A stretch of DNA of 64,000 nucleotides from Gammaproteobacteria bacterium (GTDB lineage: Bacteria; Pseudomonadota; Gammaproteobacteria; SZUA-152), in the NCBI GenBank assembly GCA_021647705.1, contig JAKIUF010000007.1, positions 76,751-140,750 on the forward strand. The letters run 5' to 3'. Below the pieces are notes generated by a model. It saw only the letters and a program-made list of their open reading frames with translations, was not told the DNA's origin and made no database searches. The position numbers and the translations under genes are program-made. Position 1 is the first letter of the stretch. Each line of letters begins with the position of its first letter. Positions 30,975-42,400 of the stretch are shown piece after piece.

Positions 30975-31853
30975 TTAACCACCCTGGGCTTGAGCCATCA
31001 CTTCTTCCGCAAAGTTTTCGACTTTCTTTTCGATGCCTTCACCCACTTCCATGCGGTCAAAAGCCACCACGGTCGCACCGGCAGCTTTCAACAATTGCTC
31101 CACAGTTTGGTCCGGGTCTTTCACAAAAGGCTGTCCCGTCAGTGTGATTTCCTTGAGGAATTTTTTGATGCGTCCACCGACCATTTTTTCGACAATTTCC
31201 GGTGGTTTGCCACTTTCAGCGGCCTGTGCAACAAAAATAGCTTTCTCTTTTTCGATTAATTCGGGATCAACGTCAGCGTCAGATACGCAGGCAGGATTGC
31301 TCGCTGCCACATGCATGGCGATATCTTTGGCCAGGGCTTCATCACCCCCCTGTAATTCCACCAGGACACCAATACGGCCACCGTGCAAATAACAACCCAG
31401 CACACCGTCTGTGGTTTTACACACAAACCGACGCACGTTCATGTTTTCACCCACCTTGGCGATCAGGTTTTTGGTCGCATTCGCTACCGTTTCGCCATCA
31501 CCCATATTCAATGCCAACAAAGCATCGATGTCAGTCGGTTTTTGATCCAAAGTAACCTGCGCCACAGCCGCTGAAAAATTCAGGAAGTCATCACCCTTGG
31601 TGACAAAATCGGTTTCGCAGTTCACTTCCACCATTGCGGCGCTTTTTCCGTCAGCGCTGGCCTTGAACACCACCAGGCCTTCCGCCGCAATACGCCCGGC
31701 TTTTTTGTCCGCCTTGGCAGCGCCACTCTTGCGCATCAGCTCGATGGCGGCATCAATATCGCCGTCCACTTCCACTAATGCCTTTTTGCATTCCATCATG
31801 CCGGAGCCGGTACGCTCACGCAGTTCTTTTACTAACGCAGCAGTAATTGCCAT
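30975..31853 (-). CDS. tsf: Elongation factor Ts
   Basis: [18 protein letters not shown] and NCETDFV motifs; start MAITAALV at 31853. Confidence 0.98.
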   Translation of the reverse strand: MAITAALVKELRERTGSGMMECKKALVEVDGDIDAAIELMRKSGAAKADKKAGRIAAEGLVVFKASADGKSAAMVEVNCETDFVTKGDDFLNFSAAVAQVTLDQKPTDIDALLALNMGDGETVANATKNLIAKVGENMNVRRFVCKTTDGVLGCYLHGGRIGVLVELQGGDEALAKDIAMHVAASNPACVSDADVDPELIEKEKAIFVAQAAESGKPPEIVEKMVGGRIKKFLKEITLTGQPFVKDPDQTVEQLLKAAGATVVAFDRMEVGEGIEKKVENFAEEVMAQAQGG

Positions 31854-32039
31854 TGTCGTCGTTCCTCGAATGTCGTTGGTTCTGATCGCACATGAAGGCT
31901 CGCGTATACACCATATACCCTCACATACCAAAAAATCACTGGCGGGGTACCCCGGCCAGCAATTTTTTCGTTATATTTTTTCCGTCCTTCTCCGGTTACT
32001 GCAACGTGCAGAAAACAAAAAAGGATTTCGCAGTAGAAA

Positions 32040-32861
32040 TTATTCCGCTGCTGCTGCCGTCGCTGCGGGTGCAGGTGCCGCAGTTTCAGGCGCGACGACT
32101 TCGGGAGCCGCTGCTTCAGCTTCAGCTTCCTCAGCCGCTGTCACTTCCACAAAGCCATCGTCGCCCCGAGGCTGCAAGGCAGCAGATCGACTTTCCACGA
32201 TAGCATCGGCCACACCGCGCACATACAGCTGGATGGCACGCATGGCATCATCGTTACCCGGAATCACGTAATCAACGCCATCCGGATTGGTGTTGGTATC
32301 CACAATGCCCACTACCGGAATACCCAGCTTGCGTGCTTCGGATACCGCAATTTTTTCATGGCCAACATCAATAATCAGCACGGCATCCGGCAAACCGTTC
32401 ATGTCTTTAATACCGCCCAGGCTACGCTCCAGCTTTTCCTGCTCGCGGGTCAGCATCAAGGCTTCTTTTTTGCTGAGCTTGGCGAAACGGCCGTCAGCAG
32501 CCATGGCTTCCAGCTCTTTCAGGCGTTTGATGGAACGTTTGACGGTATTGAAGTTGGTCAGCATGCCACCCAACCAGCGGTGGTTCACATAAGGCATGCC
32601 AGCACGATCCGCATGTTCTTTGACGCTGTCGCGAGCGGCGCGCTTGGTGCCGACAAACAGTACCTTGCCTTTTCCGGCAGCCAATTTACTCAGAAAATTG
32701 GTCGCATCTTTATACAGAGGCAGGGTTTTTTCCAGATTAACGATATGAATTTTGTTGCGTTCGCCGAAGATGTACGGAGCCATCTTGGGGTTCCAGAAAC
32801 GGGTTTGGTGACCGAAATGAACTCCGGCCTCCAGCATTTGACGCATGGTCACTTGAGACAT
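32040..32861 (-). CDS. rpsB: 30S ribosomal protein S2
   Basis: [24 protein letters not shown] and PGNDD motifs. Confidence 0.98.
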   Translation of the reverse strand: MSQVTMRQMLEAGVHFGHQTRFWNPKMAPYIFGERNKIHIVNLEKTLPLYKDATNFLSKLAAGKGKVLFVGTKRAARDSVKEHADRAGMPYVNHRWLGGMLTNFNTVKRSIKRLKELEAMAADGRFAKLSKKEALMLTREQEKLERSLGGIKDMNGLPDAVLIIDVGHEKIAVSEARKLGIPVVGIVDTNTNPDGVDYVIPGNDDAMRAIQLYVRGVADAIVESRSAALQPRGDDGFVEVTAAEEAEAEAAAPEVVAPETAAPAPAATAAAAE

Positions 32862-32869
32862 GTGCTACT

Positions 32870-32972
32870 CCTGATTGTATGGGTTAAACCTCCACGCATC
32901 CCATGTACCAACCCTGGCCGAAAAACCCTCGGTCCGGGCACCCTGGTACACGTGTCGATACGTGTGCGGATT
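32870..32972 (-). ncRNA. rpsB 5' leader (t44/S2 autoregulatory RNA)
   Basis: Minus strand CACACGTATCGACAC..GGGTGCC..GGGTTGG..ATGGGATGCGTGGAGGTTTAACCC resembles the conserved gammaproteobacterial rpsB leader. Confidence 0.8.
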
Positions 32973-33035
32973 TAGGGGAAACGGACAGGACAACAAAGCC
33001 ACTTTATCCGCGATTTCCCCGATGATTGCCTTAAT

Positions 33036-33053
33036 GGCGCGGGCTTTATACCA
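33036..33053 (-). promoter_or_regulatory. rpsB extended -10 promoter with GC-rich discriminator
   Basis: Minus strand TGGTATAAAGCCCGCGCC resembles the E. coli rpsB promoter TGGTATAAAGCGCGCC. Confidence 0.7.
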
Positions 33054-33150
33054 TATGCGGCCTTTTTCAACAATCAGATAACTGATTTTGGCCTCAAAAG
33101 AGGCCATTATTTGTACCTGATCCACGGCTGACATACAGCAGGAAACCATT

Positions 33151-33918
33151 ATGGGCATTACCCTGAAGACCCCTGAAGCTATCGAAAAAATGCGCATTGC
33201 CGGTCAATTGGCAGCGGAACAGCTACGCATGATCGCTCCGCACATCCAGCCCGGCATCACCACCAACGAGCTGAACCAGATTTGCCACGACTACACCATC
33301 AACGAACAGCAGGCCACCCCCGCTCCGCTGAACTACCATGGCTTCCCCAAATCCATCTGCACCTCAGTGAATAATCAAATCTGCCACGGCATCCCCAGTG
33401 CTAAAAAGCTTAAAAATGGTGACATCGTCAATATTGATGTCACCATCATCAAAGATGGCTACCACGGCGACACCAGTAAGATGTTTTTCGTCGGCAAGCC
33501 CTCTATTCTCGCCGAGCGCCTGTGTCGTATCAGCCGTGAATGCATGAGACTGGGTGTAGAAATGGTCAAACCCGGCATCCACCTGGGTGACATCGGCCAC
33601 AACATCCAGAAACATGCCGAAGCCAACCATTTTTCCGTAGTACGGGAATATTGCGGCCACGGTATCGGTAAAGTCTTCCATGAAGAGCCACAAGTGCTGC
33701 ATTACGGTGACGCAGGCACTGGCGTTATCCTGGAACCGGGCATGACATTCACTATCGAACCCATGATCAACGCAGGCAAGCGTCATGTAAGGCTGATGCC
33801 GGATCAATGGACCGTGGTCACTAAAGACCGTAGCCTCTCCGCCCAGTGGGAGCATACCCTGCTGGTAACGGAAGACGGCTACGAAGTGCTGACTCAATTG
33901 CCGGGTGACGAGATTTAA
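33151..33918 (+). CDS. map: Methionine aminopeptidase type I
   Basis: CHGIP, DVT..DGYHGDTS, GHGIG..FHE, TIEPM and QWEHT motifs. Confidence 0.98.
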   Translation: MGITLKTPEAIEKMRIAGQLAAEQLRMIAPHIQPGITTNELNQICHDYTINEQQATPAPLNYHGFPKSICTSVNNQICHGIPSAKKLKNGDIVNIDVTIIKDGYHGDTSKMFFVGKPSILAERLCRISRECMRLGVEMVKPGIHLGDIGHNIQKHAEANHFSVVREYCGHGIGKVFHEEPQVLHYGDAGTGVILEPGMTFTIEPMINAGKRHVRLMPDQWTVVTKDRSLSAQWEHTLLVTEDGYEVLTQLPGDEI

Positions 33919-33938
33919 CCTGAATCGATCACAAGTAG

Positions 33939-33981
33939 TGTTGGAGCATGCTGTCCCTTGAAAGATGCATGCTCTTTAACA
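33939..33981. terminator. Hairpin between convergent map and hydrolase genes
   Basis: GAGCATGC..GCATGCTC stem. Confidence 0.5.
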
Positions 33982-34028
33982 GCCTCTAACACTGACACTG
34001 ACAAGAATACAAAAAACGGTTATGAAAT

Positions 34029-35126
34029 TTACCTGGCAGTACCAATCACATAGGTATTCTTATCCACTTGATATTCCAGCGTGTCTTCAACAGACTTGCC
34101 GGTGAACATTGCTTCAAAAAGCCCTCTGAGCACAGTATTGTCTTTGACAGAATCCCCTTTAAAATAGGTATGTTCTCTATCAACATCATCAGCCCCGGTA
34201 ACATCAATATAATAGGCATTAGACGAATTTAATTTTCTTGTGTAATGCCCCAGACGCGCTAACTGTTCATCACCGGGCTTGATGCGTGATGCAGCGAGTG
34301 CGCTATCGCTTTCATTGATAACAACGTAACAACGATTCCTGACATCCAGCTTGCTGACCCAGTCTTTGTGGTTTTTGTTATTGGTATCTGCGGCGACCAG
34401 ACAAACATTATCAAAAACCAAACCCCGGGTAAGGCTGTCTGTTGTCATTAACGTGTGTTTTAACACATAGTTGCCCATACTGTGACAAAGCAAAGACAGT
34501 TTTGTTTGACAGCTTTTTTCCTGTAATTCAGTAAAATATTCTTTGGCCGCCGCGCTATTGTCAGGATATTTCTTTTCGGCTCTTTGCCAAATATTGTCAC
34601 GCCTCGCCTTGGTCAACAGCGAATGATAATACTGTATTTTTCCAACCACACGGTTGAAGGCGCTCGCGGATTGCCGCCCATCTGCCTTGTCACTTGAATA
34701 CGAGGTAGCACCTGATATCGCACCACCCCCGTTTGCCGGCCATGTAAAAGGAATAACAATAACATCGTATAACTGCTCAATATCCTGAGCGGCCTTTACA
34801 ACGTCATTTACGTCATTATTGTAACCATGCACAAAGAAAAGAATGCTTTTCTCTTTTTCCATTGCCATTTCGAATATTTCACAGGCAACTCTGAGACTCC
34901 CATGCCATTCATCATTAATATCAATATCAATTTTGTATTTTTTTTTGAGTTCTTTAATTTCTTGCAGAGAAAGGTTGTCTGTAACCGGCTTTGAAACCCA
35001 TGACTTACCCCTTTTTTGTACTTCGACAAGCGTGATTTCCTGTGCGCCCTTGGTATTGGGTTTTTTACCAAAGATATCCAGCCCCTTTTTCTTTGTATTT
35101 ATTTCACGATTTGTAATGAGATACAT
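34029..35126 (-). CDS. Alpha/beta hydrolase, DUF900-like
   Basis: FFVHGYN, FTWP, nucleophile elbow CHSMGN, VAAD, H-x-YF; AT-rich. Confidence 0.8.
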   Translation of the reverse strand: MYLITNREINTKKKGLDIFGKKPNTKGAQEITLVEVQKRGKSWVSKPVTDNLSLQEIKELKKKYKIDIDINDEWHGSLRVACEIFEMAMEKEKSILFFVHGYNNDVNDVVKAAQDIEQLYDVIVIPFTWPANGGGAISGATSYSSDKADGRQSASAFNRVVGKIQYYHSLLTKARRDNIWQRAEKKYPDNSAAAKEYFTELQEKSCQTKLSLLCHSMGNYVLKHTLMTTDSLTRGLVFDNVCLVAADTNNKNHKDWVSKLDVRNRCYVVINESDSALAASRIKPGDEQLARLGHYTRKLNSSNAYYIDVTGADDVDREHTYFKGDSVKDNTVLRGLFEAMFTGKSVEDTLEYQVDKNTYVIGTAR

Positions 35127-35368
35127 AATTCCCCCCAGTATTTTCTGTCAGATTATGGATATTTTCATCTGCAAATTCTCAGACTGCTTCATTTACAGCT
35201 TTACTAAATTATTGTACGCATTTGCCATATCAGATTATTTTTTGTAAAACCGATCACTCCTGAATTCAAAACTAGCATTACCCACTCAAACAACCAACTC
35301 TTTAGTTGGCTTTCGGTAATTTTCAACATAATACGGAAAACAAAATACGTCATCCGACACTCGAAATA

Positions 35369-35536
35369 GCAACTGCTCAGCTTGGTTTTTCAAATATACC
35401 GTGACCGCTCAGATTATCTTTTGATTCGTTCGGGAATTTTTAAAAACAAGAAAAAGTGCGGGAATCAGCAACATAAAAAAACACTTTTGGCGCAGCCATC
35501 AAAAAAATCAAAAGCAAGCTAAAGCTGAGTCGATCA
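35369..35536. mobile_element. Degenerate copy of the 6085-6236 MITE
   Basis: GCAACTGCTCAG is followed 32 bp later by GTGACCGCTCAGATT, the same spacing as in the 6.1 kb copy. Core ACAAGAAAAAG..CACTTTTGGCGCAG; ends CTGAGT. Confidence 0.65.
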
Positions 35537-35551
35537 ATGAATTTCCATTCC

Positions 35552-35678
35552 TTAAGTGCTAAAAACCACTGGCTATTTAACGCGCCATTTGTCAGCACCA
35601 CTAAATATAATTTCTCCATATACTGGAGCGTTTGCCTGGGAAGTTACGTCTCTGGATTCCAGCTAAAAACGGAATGAC
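35552..35678 (+). repeat. Dispersed element subfamily B copy lacking the central hairpin
   Basis: TTAAGTGCTAAAAA left end joined to the TAACGCGCCATTTGTCAGCACCAC..ACTGGAGCG right segment. Confidence 0.7.
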
Positions 35679-35769
35679 GGTGTTTTCAATAACAAACAGA
35701 ACGAGTTAGCTCTGAATTCACATATTAGAAAAATATTTTTTATATGGAATATTACTCTGCCACTTCCAA

Positions 35770-36396
35770 TTATAAATCTACCAGCATATCTACTGATCCC
35801 TGCCCCCGTCTCACTACTACGGGCACATCATCGGTGAATTCCACGACGGTAGTGGGTTCAAAGCCACAGTAACCACCATCGATCACCAAGTCTAAGCTGT
35901 GCTCCAACGTGTCACGAATATCGTAAGGATCAGTAAGCGGCATATCATCACCGGGCAAAATCAGCGTGGAACTCATCAGAGGTTCGCTGAGGGTTTCCAA
36001 CAATGTCTGAGCAATGCGATTATCCGGCACGCGCAGGCCAATGGTTTTACGTTTGGGATTTTGCAGACGGCGCGGCACTTCTTTGGTGGCCTTAAGAATA
36101 AAAGTATATGGCCCCGGCGTGTGGTTTTTAATAAGCCGATAAACGCTGTTTTCCACCTTGGCATAAAGCGCAATCTCAGAAAGATCCCGACACACCAGGG
36201 TAAAATTATGCTTGGCATCCACTTGTCGAATACTGCGGATGCGTTCCATGGCGGCTTTGTCGCCAAGATGGCAACCAAGGGCATAACCCGAGTCGGTAGG
36301 ATAAACGATGACTCCACCGCCATTGATAATCTCCACGGCCTTGTCGATCAGCCGCTGTTGGGGATTATCGGGATGAATTTGAAAAAACTGGCTCAT
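35770..36396 (-). CDS. yciO: Sua5/YciO/YrdC family protein
   Basis: MSQFFQIHPDNPQ, YPTDSGY, PGPYTFIL and TIGLRVP motifs. Confidence 0.92.
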   Translation of the reverse strand: MSQFFQIHPDNPQQRLIDKAVEIINGGGVIVYPTDSGYALGCHLGDKAAMERIRSIRQVDAKHNFTLVCRDLSEIALYAKVENSVYRLIKNHTPGPYTFILKATKEVPRRLQNPKRKTIGLRVPDNRIAQTLLETLSEPLMSSTLILPGDDMPLTDPYDIRDTLEHSLDLVIDGGYCGFEPTTVVEFTDDVPVVVRRGQGSVDMLVDL

Positions 36397-37259
36397 GTGT
36401 TTTCCTCCCAGCCCATCGACCATTCTTTCCAGATCGGTACACAGCCATCCGGTAATGGCATGGGCCGCCCCAACTCTTGCCAGGATTGTTCAGGACCATG
36501 GTAGTCCGAGCCACAGGAAGCCAGCAGTTCGTAACGTTTGGCATATTGTGCCATGCCCGCAGCATCACTCGCCGAGTGGCTGCCGGAAACCACTTCAATG
36601 CCGACACCACCACAGTCTTTAAAGCTTTCTATGAACTGTCGCAACCGGGTGGCGCTAATGCGATAACGTGCTGGGTGAGCGATCACCGCCTGTCCACCCG
36701 CATCACAAATCCAGCTCACGGCCTCTTCCAGCGTCGCCCACTCACCGGGGACGTAACCGGGTCGGTTATGCACCAGGAATTTCTTGAACACCTTGCGCAT
36801 ATCCTTGGCGTATCCTGCCTCCACCAAAAAACGGGCAAAATGTGTACGGCTAAGAATGGGCCCGGTAGCAAAAGCCTGCGCGCCCGCCAATGCGCCTTCG
36901 ATGCCGTGTTTTTCCAGGCGTTGAGCAATCTCTTCACCGCGTCCGGTGCGGGTGGCCCGCAATTTAGCCAGCCCGGTTTGCAAGCCGCTATGCCCGGGAT
37001 CAACATTCAACCCCACGATATGAAAAGTCACGCCACTCCAGGTCACTGAAATTTCGACACCGGATACCAAATGCAGCCCTACTTCTGCCGCAGTGACAGC
37101 CGCTTCGGCCAGCCCGTCGGTGACATCATGATCGGTGAGCGCCAGTACATCCACGCCGTGCGCATGAGCACGGCGTACCAATGCCTCCGGGCTGAGAGTG
37201 CCATCGGACAGCGTGCTATGGCTGTGTAAATCGAAATGAAGAGCGTTGGATGTAGACAT
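36393..37259 (-). CDS. PHP-domain phosphoesterase/exonuclease (YciV/TrpH family)
   Basis: DLHSHS..SDG, LTDHD, GVEIS, AHP and GSDYHG motifs. Confidence 0.92.
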   Translation of the reverse strand: MSTSNALHFDLHSHSTLSDGTLSPEALVRRAHAHGVDVLALTDHDVTDGLAEAAVTAAEVGLHLVSGVEISVTWSGVTFHIVGLNVDPGHSGLQTGLAKLRATRTGRGEEIAQRLEKHGIEGALAGAQAFATGPILSRTHFARFLVEAGYAKDMRKVFKKFLVHNRPGYVPGEWATLEEAVSWICDAGGQAVIAHPARYRISATRLRQFIESFKDCGGVGIEVVSGSHSASDAAGMAQYAKRYELLASCGSDYHGPEQSWQELGRPMPLPDGCVPIWKEWSMGWEENT

Positions 37260-37370
37260 AAGCCCGCTATTCTAACAGAGCCCTACTCCCGAGGTGTGAC
37301 AAAGCACCATAACATTGTGTTAAATTAACGCCCCTCGTCCACCACCATTAACAGCCGGTAAACGCGCCAC

Positions 37371-37934
37371 ATGAAATTCCTCTTTGATTTTTTCCCCATT
37401 TTGCTGTTTTTCATCGCCTACAAACTGGAAGGCATTTTCGTCGCTACCGCTGTGGCTATCGCCGCGAGCTTTTTGCAGGTCGGTCTTTACTGGCTAAAAC
37501 ATCGACGTTTTGAGACCAGCCACCTGGTGACCCTGGTATTGATCGCGGTCTTCGGCGGACTCACTTTGTTTCTACAGGATGAAGCCTTTATCAAATGGAA
37601 GCCAACCGTCATCAACTGGCTGTTTGCTGCTGTTTTCATCGGCAGCCAGTATATTGGTAAAAAAACCATCGTTGAACGCATGATGGGCACCAGCCTCACA
37701 TTGCCGAATTTTGTCTGGGTACGTTTGAATGCATCCTGGGCCATTTTTTTTGTCGCCCTGGGTTTTGCCAACTGGTACGTTATGGCCAATTTTGACACTG
37801 ACACCTGGGTCAATTTCAAAATGTTTGGCATGATGGGGCTCACCCTCATCTTTCTTGTTGCACAAGGGTTTTATCTCACAAAATATTTACAGGATGAGCT
37901 GCCTGAAAAAGCGCCCCGGACGGAAGAGGATTAA
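37371..37934 (+). CDS. yciB: Inner membrane protein YciB (septation protein A)
   Basis: MKFLFDFFP, FIKWKPT and WVNFK.FG motifs. Confidence 0.95.
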   Translation: MKFLFDFFPILLFFIAYKLEGIFVATAVAIAASFLQVGLYWLKHRRFETSHLVTLVLIAVFGGLTLFLQDEAFIKWKPTVINWLFAAVFIGSQYIGKKTIVERMMGTSLTLPNFVWVRLNASWAIFFVALGFANWYVMANFDTDTWVNFKMFGMMGLTLIFLVAQGFYLTKYLQDELPEKAPRTEED

Positions 37935-37940
37935 ACCATC

Positions 37941-38249
37941 ATGCTTTATGCCATCATCAGTGAAGACCAGAAAGACAGCCTTGAACGCCGTTTGCAGGCG
38001 CGGTCGGCACACCTGGAAAGACTCACCGCATTACAAAATGAAGGTCGATTGCTACTTGCCGGACCTCACCCCGCCATCGACAGTGAAGACCCTGGCCCGG
38101 CTGGCTTCAGCGGCAGTCTGGTGGTTGCAGAATTCCCGTCACTGGACGACGCACAGCAATGGGCCAACGCCGACCCTTACGTGGCCGCCGATGTGTACGA
38201 TAAAGTCACCGTAAAACCCTTTAAAAAAGTCTTTCCCCAATCATTGTAA
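37941..38249 (+). CDS. yciI: YciI family protein
   Basis: [21 protein letters not shown] motif. Confidence 0.95.
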   Translation: MLYAIISEDQKDSLERRLQARSAHLERLTALQNEGRLLLAGPHPAIDSEDPGPAGFSGSLVVAEFPSLDDAQQWANADPYVAADVYDKVTVKPFKKVFPQSL

Positions 38250-38292
38250 AAAATAACTTTTTTTATTATAAAGTCCCACTGAGAAAAATAGC

Positions 38293-38568
38293 ATGAGCGA
38301 ACGTATTGATATGATCCGCGAAAAACTAACTGCGGCCTTTTCCCCCGAGCAATTGGACATTATCGACGAAAGCCACCTACATGCCGGCCACCCTGGCGCA
38401 CGCAGCGGTGGCGGGCACTTTGTGGCCACCATCGTGTCTACTGCTTTTGCCGGAAAAAACATGCTGGCACGACATCGCATGGTTTATGATGCGCTGGGCG
38501 ATGCCATGAATACTGACATCCATGCCTTGAGCATCAAGGCACTGACACCTGAAGAATTGAACAATTAA
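38293..38568 (+). CDS. bolA: BolA family protein
   Basis: DESHLHAGH, HF, RHRMVY and IHALSI motifs. Confidence 0.93.
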   Translation: MSERIDMIREKLTAAFSPEQLDIIDESHLHAGHPGARSGGGHFVATIVSTAFAGKNMLARHRMVYDALGDAMNTDIHALSIKALTPEELNN

Positions 38569-38582
38569 AGAAAGGATATAAC

Positions 38583-39395
38583 GTGAAATCAACTCCTCGC
38601 ACATTGGCCATTATTTTTTTTGCCGCCACCACTGTTTTTGCAGGCACTGCCAGCATCGCATTGGCCGCCGATAAAGACATCGTTGCTATTGTTAACGGTG
38701 CCAATATTACCGAATGGACACTCAAGCGTTATGCAGGTCAACGTGGTTTGCCACCCACAATGCCCAAAGGTCAGCAACGTGCCGCATTAATTGAGGAATT
38801 GGTCAATCGCGAACTGATTTATCAGGATGCCGTCAGTATCGGCATCGACCAGACGCCTGCCATCATCAACGAAGTCGCACATCAGCGGGTCAACCTTATT
38901 GCCAGCAGCATGTTAAATCGTTCATCAGATCGATTTGCAGTGAGCGATGAAGAACTGAAAAAAGAATATGAAGAGCGCAAGGATGAATTGGGTGGCAAAG
39001 AACTCAAAGCCCGCCATATCCTGTTAGAAAATGAAGCCGACGCCAAGGCAGTGATCGCCGAACTGGACAAAGGTGCAGATTTTGCCACTCTGGCCAGCAA
39101 AAAATCCACCGGCCCCAGTGCTGGAGATGGCGGCGACCTCGGCTGGTTTTCAACCGAGCAAATGGTCAAGCCCTTTTCAGATGCCGCCAACAAACTTGAA
39201 AAAGGCAGCTACAGCAAAACACCGGTAAAAACCCAGTTTGGCTGGCATGTCATCCTGCTGGAAGATACGCGACTGGTAAATCCACCCTCGTTTATTGAAG
39301 TCAGAGAGCAAATCCGTGTGGGCCTGCAAAACAAGCTGATCGAAACCTACATCAGCAGCCTGCGTGAGACGGCAAAAATCGAACAGAAAAAATAG
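38583..39395 (+). CDS. Periplasmic parvulin-type peptidyl-prolyl isomerase
   Basis: Signal peptide; ARHIL, GGDLGWF and TQFGWHVI motifs. Confidence 0.93.
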   Translation: MKSTPRTLAIIFFAATTVFAGTASIALAADKDIVAIVNGANITEWTLKRYAGQRGLPPTMPKGQQRAALIEELVNRELIYQDAVSIGIDQTPAIINEVAHQRVNLIASSMLNRSSDRFAVSDEELKKEYEERKDELGGKELKARHILLENEADAKAVIAELDKGADFATLASKKSTGPSAGDGGDLGWFSTEQMVKPFSDAANKLEKGSYSKTPVKTQFGWHVILLEDTRLVNPPSFIEVREQIRVGLQNKLIETYISSLRETAKIEQKK

Positions 39396-39472
39396 TCATT
39401 TAACCAAGCAGGGGGGCGTGTCAGATGCCGGATTAATTCCGGCTAAAACAGACGGGAACGACGACATTTATA

Positions 39473-42400
39473 GTGGACCACAGGGAATTGAGACACCAGA
39501 AGCAAAGTAAAAAGAGGAACTATTTAGTGCTTAACAACAAAGCTCTTCATCCTGTATTGAAATGGATCTTGCTGTCGTTCACCCTACTTGGCATCCTCAG
39601 CGGCTGTGATGGCGGAGACAAAAGCCCAAGCCCGGACAGCAACAACCTACCCACCGCTCGTTTTACCGCCTCCCTCAACAGCGGTGTGGCACCGCTAGCC
39701 GTGAATTTCAATGCCTCAGCCTCATCCGATAATGGTGGCCAGATCATCAGCTACCATTGGAATTTCGGTGATGGTCAGACTAGCAACAACATCACTGCCA
39801 GTCACACTTTCACCAATCCCGGCAGCTACACCATCACCCTCACTGTGACTGATAACAATGGGGCCAAAAACAATACGAGCCAAACCATTGTGGCCGCGAG
39901 CAGCCAGCAAAACAACACCCTTAGTGGCACAATAACCAGCGCCGCAGGTTCCATCGCTGACAGTGACATCAATGACCCCAGAGCCTTCTATGCGGCCAAC
40001 GATACTCCTGACCAAGCTCAGCCGATCCCCAACCCGGTGATGCTGGGCGGTTACGTGAATGTCGCCGGAACGGGTTATACCGGTCGCTCACGTTCATCCG
40101 GTGATCGCGTGGATTTTTTCAGCATCAGTCTGGCCGCAAACCAGAGCATCACTCTCAACATCGCCGATCACAGCACAGGCGACCTGGATCTGTACTTATA
40201 CAAAGACGATGGCAGCATTGACCTGAAGAAGCCCGACAATATGTCGAGAGGTACCGGCAAGACAGAAACCCTCACCGTTGCCGAAGCCGGAAACTATATC
40301 ATCGAAGTGTATGCTTTCAATGATACTGACAACCCCAATGACGGTTACTCGAATTACGCACTGGTGGTAGGTCAGAGTGTGCAAAACACAGCTGCACACA
40401 CAACCGGCAGACTGGTATTAACAGACCATTTTGTGCCGGGTGAAATCATCGTGCGCTTCAGGGATGACGCCCTAAACTCAAAGGCTAACCAGACTCCCAC
40501 AACCCGGGCAGCCAGCCTTGGCTTGCAGGCCAAAGCCGGTGCCAACAATCGCGCCATGCTGCTGGGACTGGGAGATCTGCAAGCACGCCAAGCAAGCTTT
40601 CGCACCCTGGGCATCACCGCAAAACAGAAGAATGCTGACCCTCTGAGACAATTCCGCTCAGCAGACCCTGAAAAACAGTTGAAAATGGACACTCTTCAGG
40701 TCATCAAAGCGCTGCGCAAACGCAACGATGTACTCTACGCCGAACCTAACTACATCTATCAAGCCCAACTGATACCAACCGACCCCTACTACAAATTCCA
40801 ATGGCATTACCCGCTTATCAACCTGCCCGGGGCCTGGGATGTCAGCACGGGCGATGCCAATGTCATCGTGGCTGTCATTGATAGCGGTGTACTGCTCAAT
40901 CACCCCGACCTGCAAGGACAGTTTTCCGCCGATGGCGGGTATGACTTCATCCAGAACAACACTATTTCTCAGGACGGTGAACCCGGCATCGATAACAACC
41001 CGGATGATCCCGGCGATCAGGCGGCTCCCGGTGGTCGAAGCTCTTTCCATGGCACCCATGTGGCTGGCACTATCGCGGCAGCAACCAGCTTTGGCGGCGG
41101 TGGAATTGGTGTAGCCGGTGTAGCACCCGGTGTAAAAATCATGCCCTTGCGTGTTCTCGGTGTTGGTGGCGGCACGGGCTACGACATCTTCCAGGCAATG
41201 CGTTACGCTGCGGGTTTAAGTAATGACTCTGGCACGGTGCCTGCGCAAAAGGCCGATATCATTAATCTCAGTCTGGGTGGTGGCCCTTTTATCCAGGCGA
41301 TGCAAGACCTCATTACCCAAACCCGCAATGAAGGCATAGTCATAGTAGCCGCAGCCGGTAATAGCCGTACCAGTACACTCGCCTATCCCGCCAGCTATGA
41401 CGGCGTGATATCGGTCAGCGCAGTCGATATCAATAAACAACTGGCTGGATACTCTAATTTTGGCTCCGCCATTGATGTCACCGCACCGGGTGGAAATATC
41501 GGTCGGGATATCAATGGTGACGGTCGCCCTGACGGCGTGCTCAGTACTGTTGGCGATGATTCCGGCAACAGCATCAAACTGGATGTCTACAGCGAATATC
41601 AGGGAACCTCAATGGCCGCCCCCCATATGGCCGGTGTCGTAGCATTAATGAAATCGGTTTACAGTAACCTGACACCTGCCAATGTAGACAGCTTGTTGAG
41701 TAGCGGCAAAATCGTTCAGGATCTAGGCACCCTTGGCTGGGATAACCAGTTCGGCCATGGCCTGATTGATGCCCGCAAGGCCGTGGACGAGGCTGCCCTC
41801 CTGGAGAGTCCTGGCAGCAACCCAGACACCCCGTTCCTCAACGTATCTCCCATCTCTCTAAACTTTGGCAACAATGAAACCAGCCTCTCTTTGTCAATGG
41901 TCAATGGTGACTCTGGTGAACTCAGCGTTACCTCAGTAAACGACGATGCCACCTGGCTGACAGTGACCGCCAATGCCGTGGATGCCACCACCCAACTCGG
42001 TAGCTACCAGATTATGGTGGACAGAACAGGGCTGGCAACAGGCACCTATACCGCCAACATCACCATCGTTTCATCTGCCAACAGCGTTACGGTACCCGTC
42101 ATCCAGCAAGTCGGGGGCGCTGGCATCAGTACCGATGCCGGTTATCAGTATGTTTTGCTGCTCAATGCCGACAACGGCAGCCCAGTCCAGCAATGGGCAG
42201 GGAGTGCTCAAAATGGAAGTTACCCTTTCCAATTCAACAACGTTGACTTCTCTGCTGAGCAAAATTATCTCATCATTACCGGCACTGACCAGAACAACGA
42301 CAACATCATTTGTGATGCTGGTGAAGCCTGCGGTGCTTACATCACCCAGATTCAACCCAAAACCATTGCTGCTGATGACCCGCACAGCGGCCTAGATTTC

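Noticed and set aside
32040-32150. Ala/Glu/Pro-rich RpsB tail
   Set aside because: A common low-complexity extension in S2 proteins.
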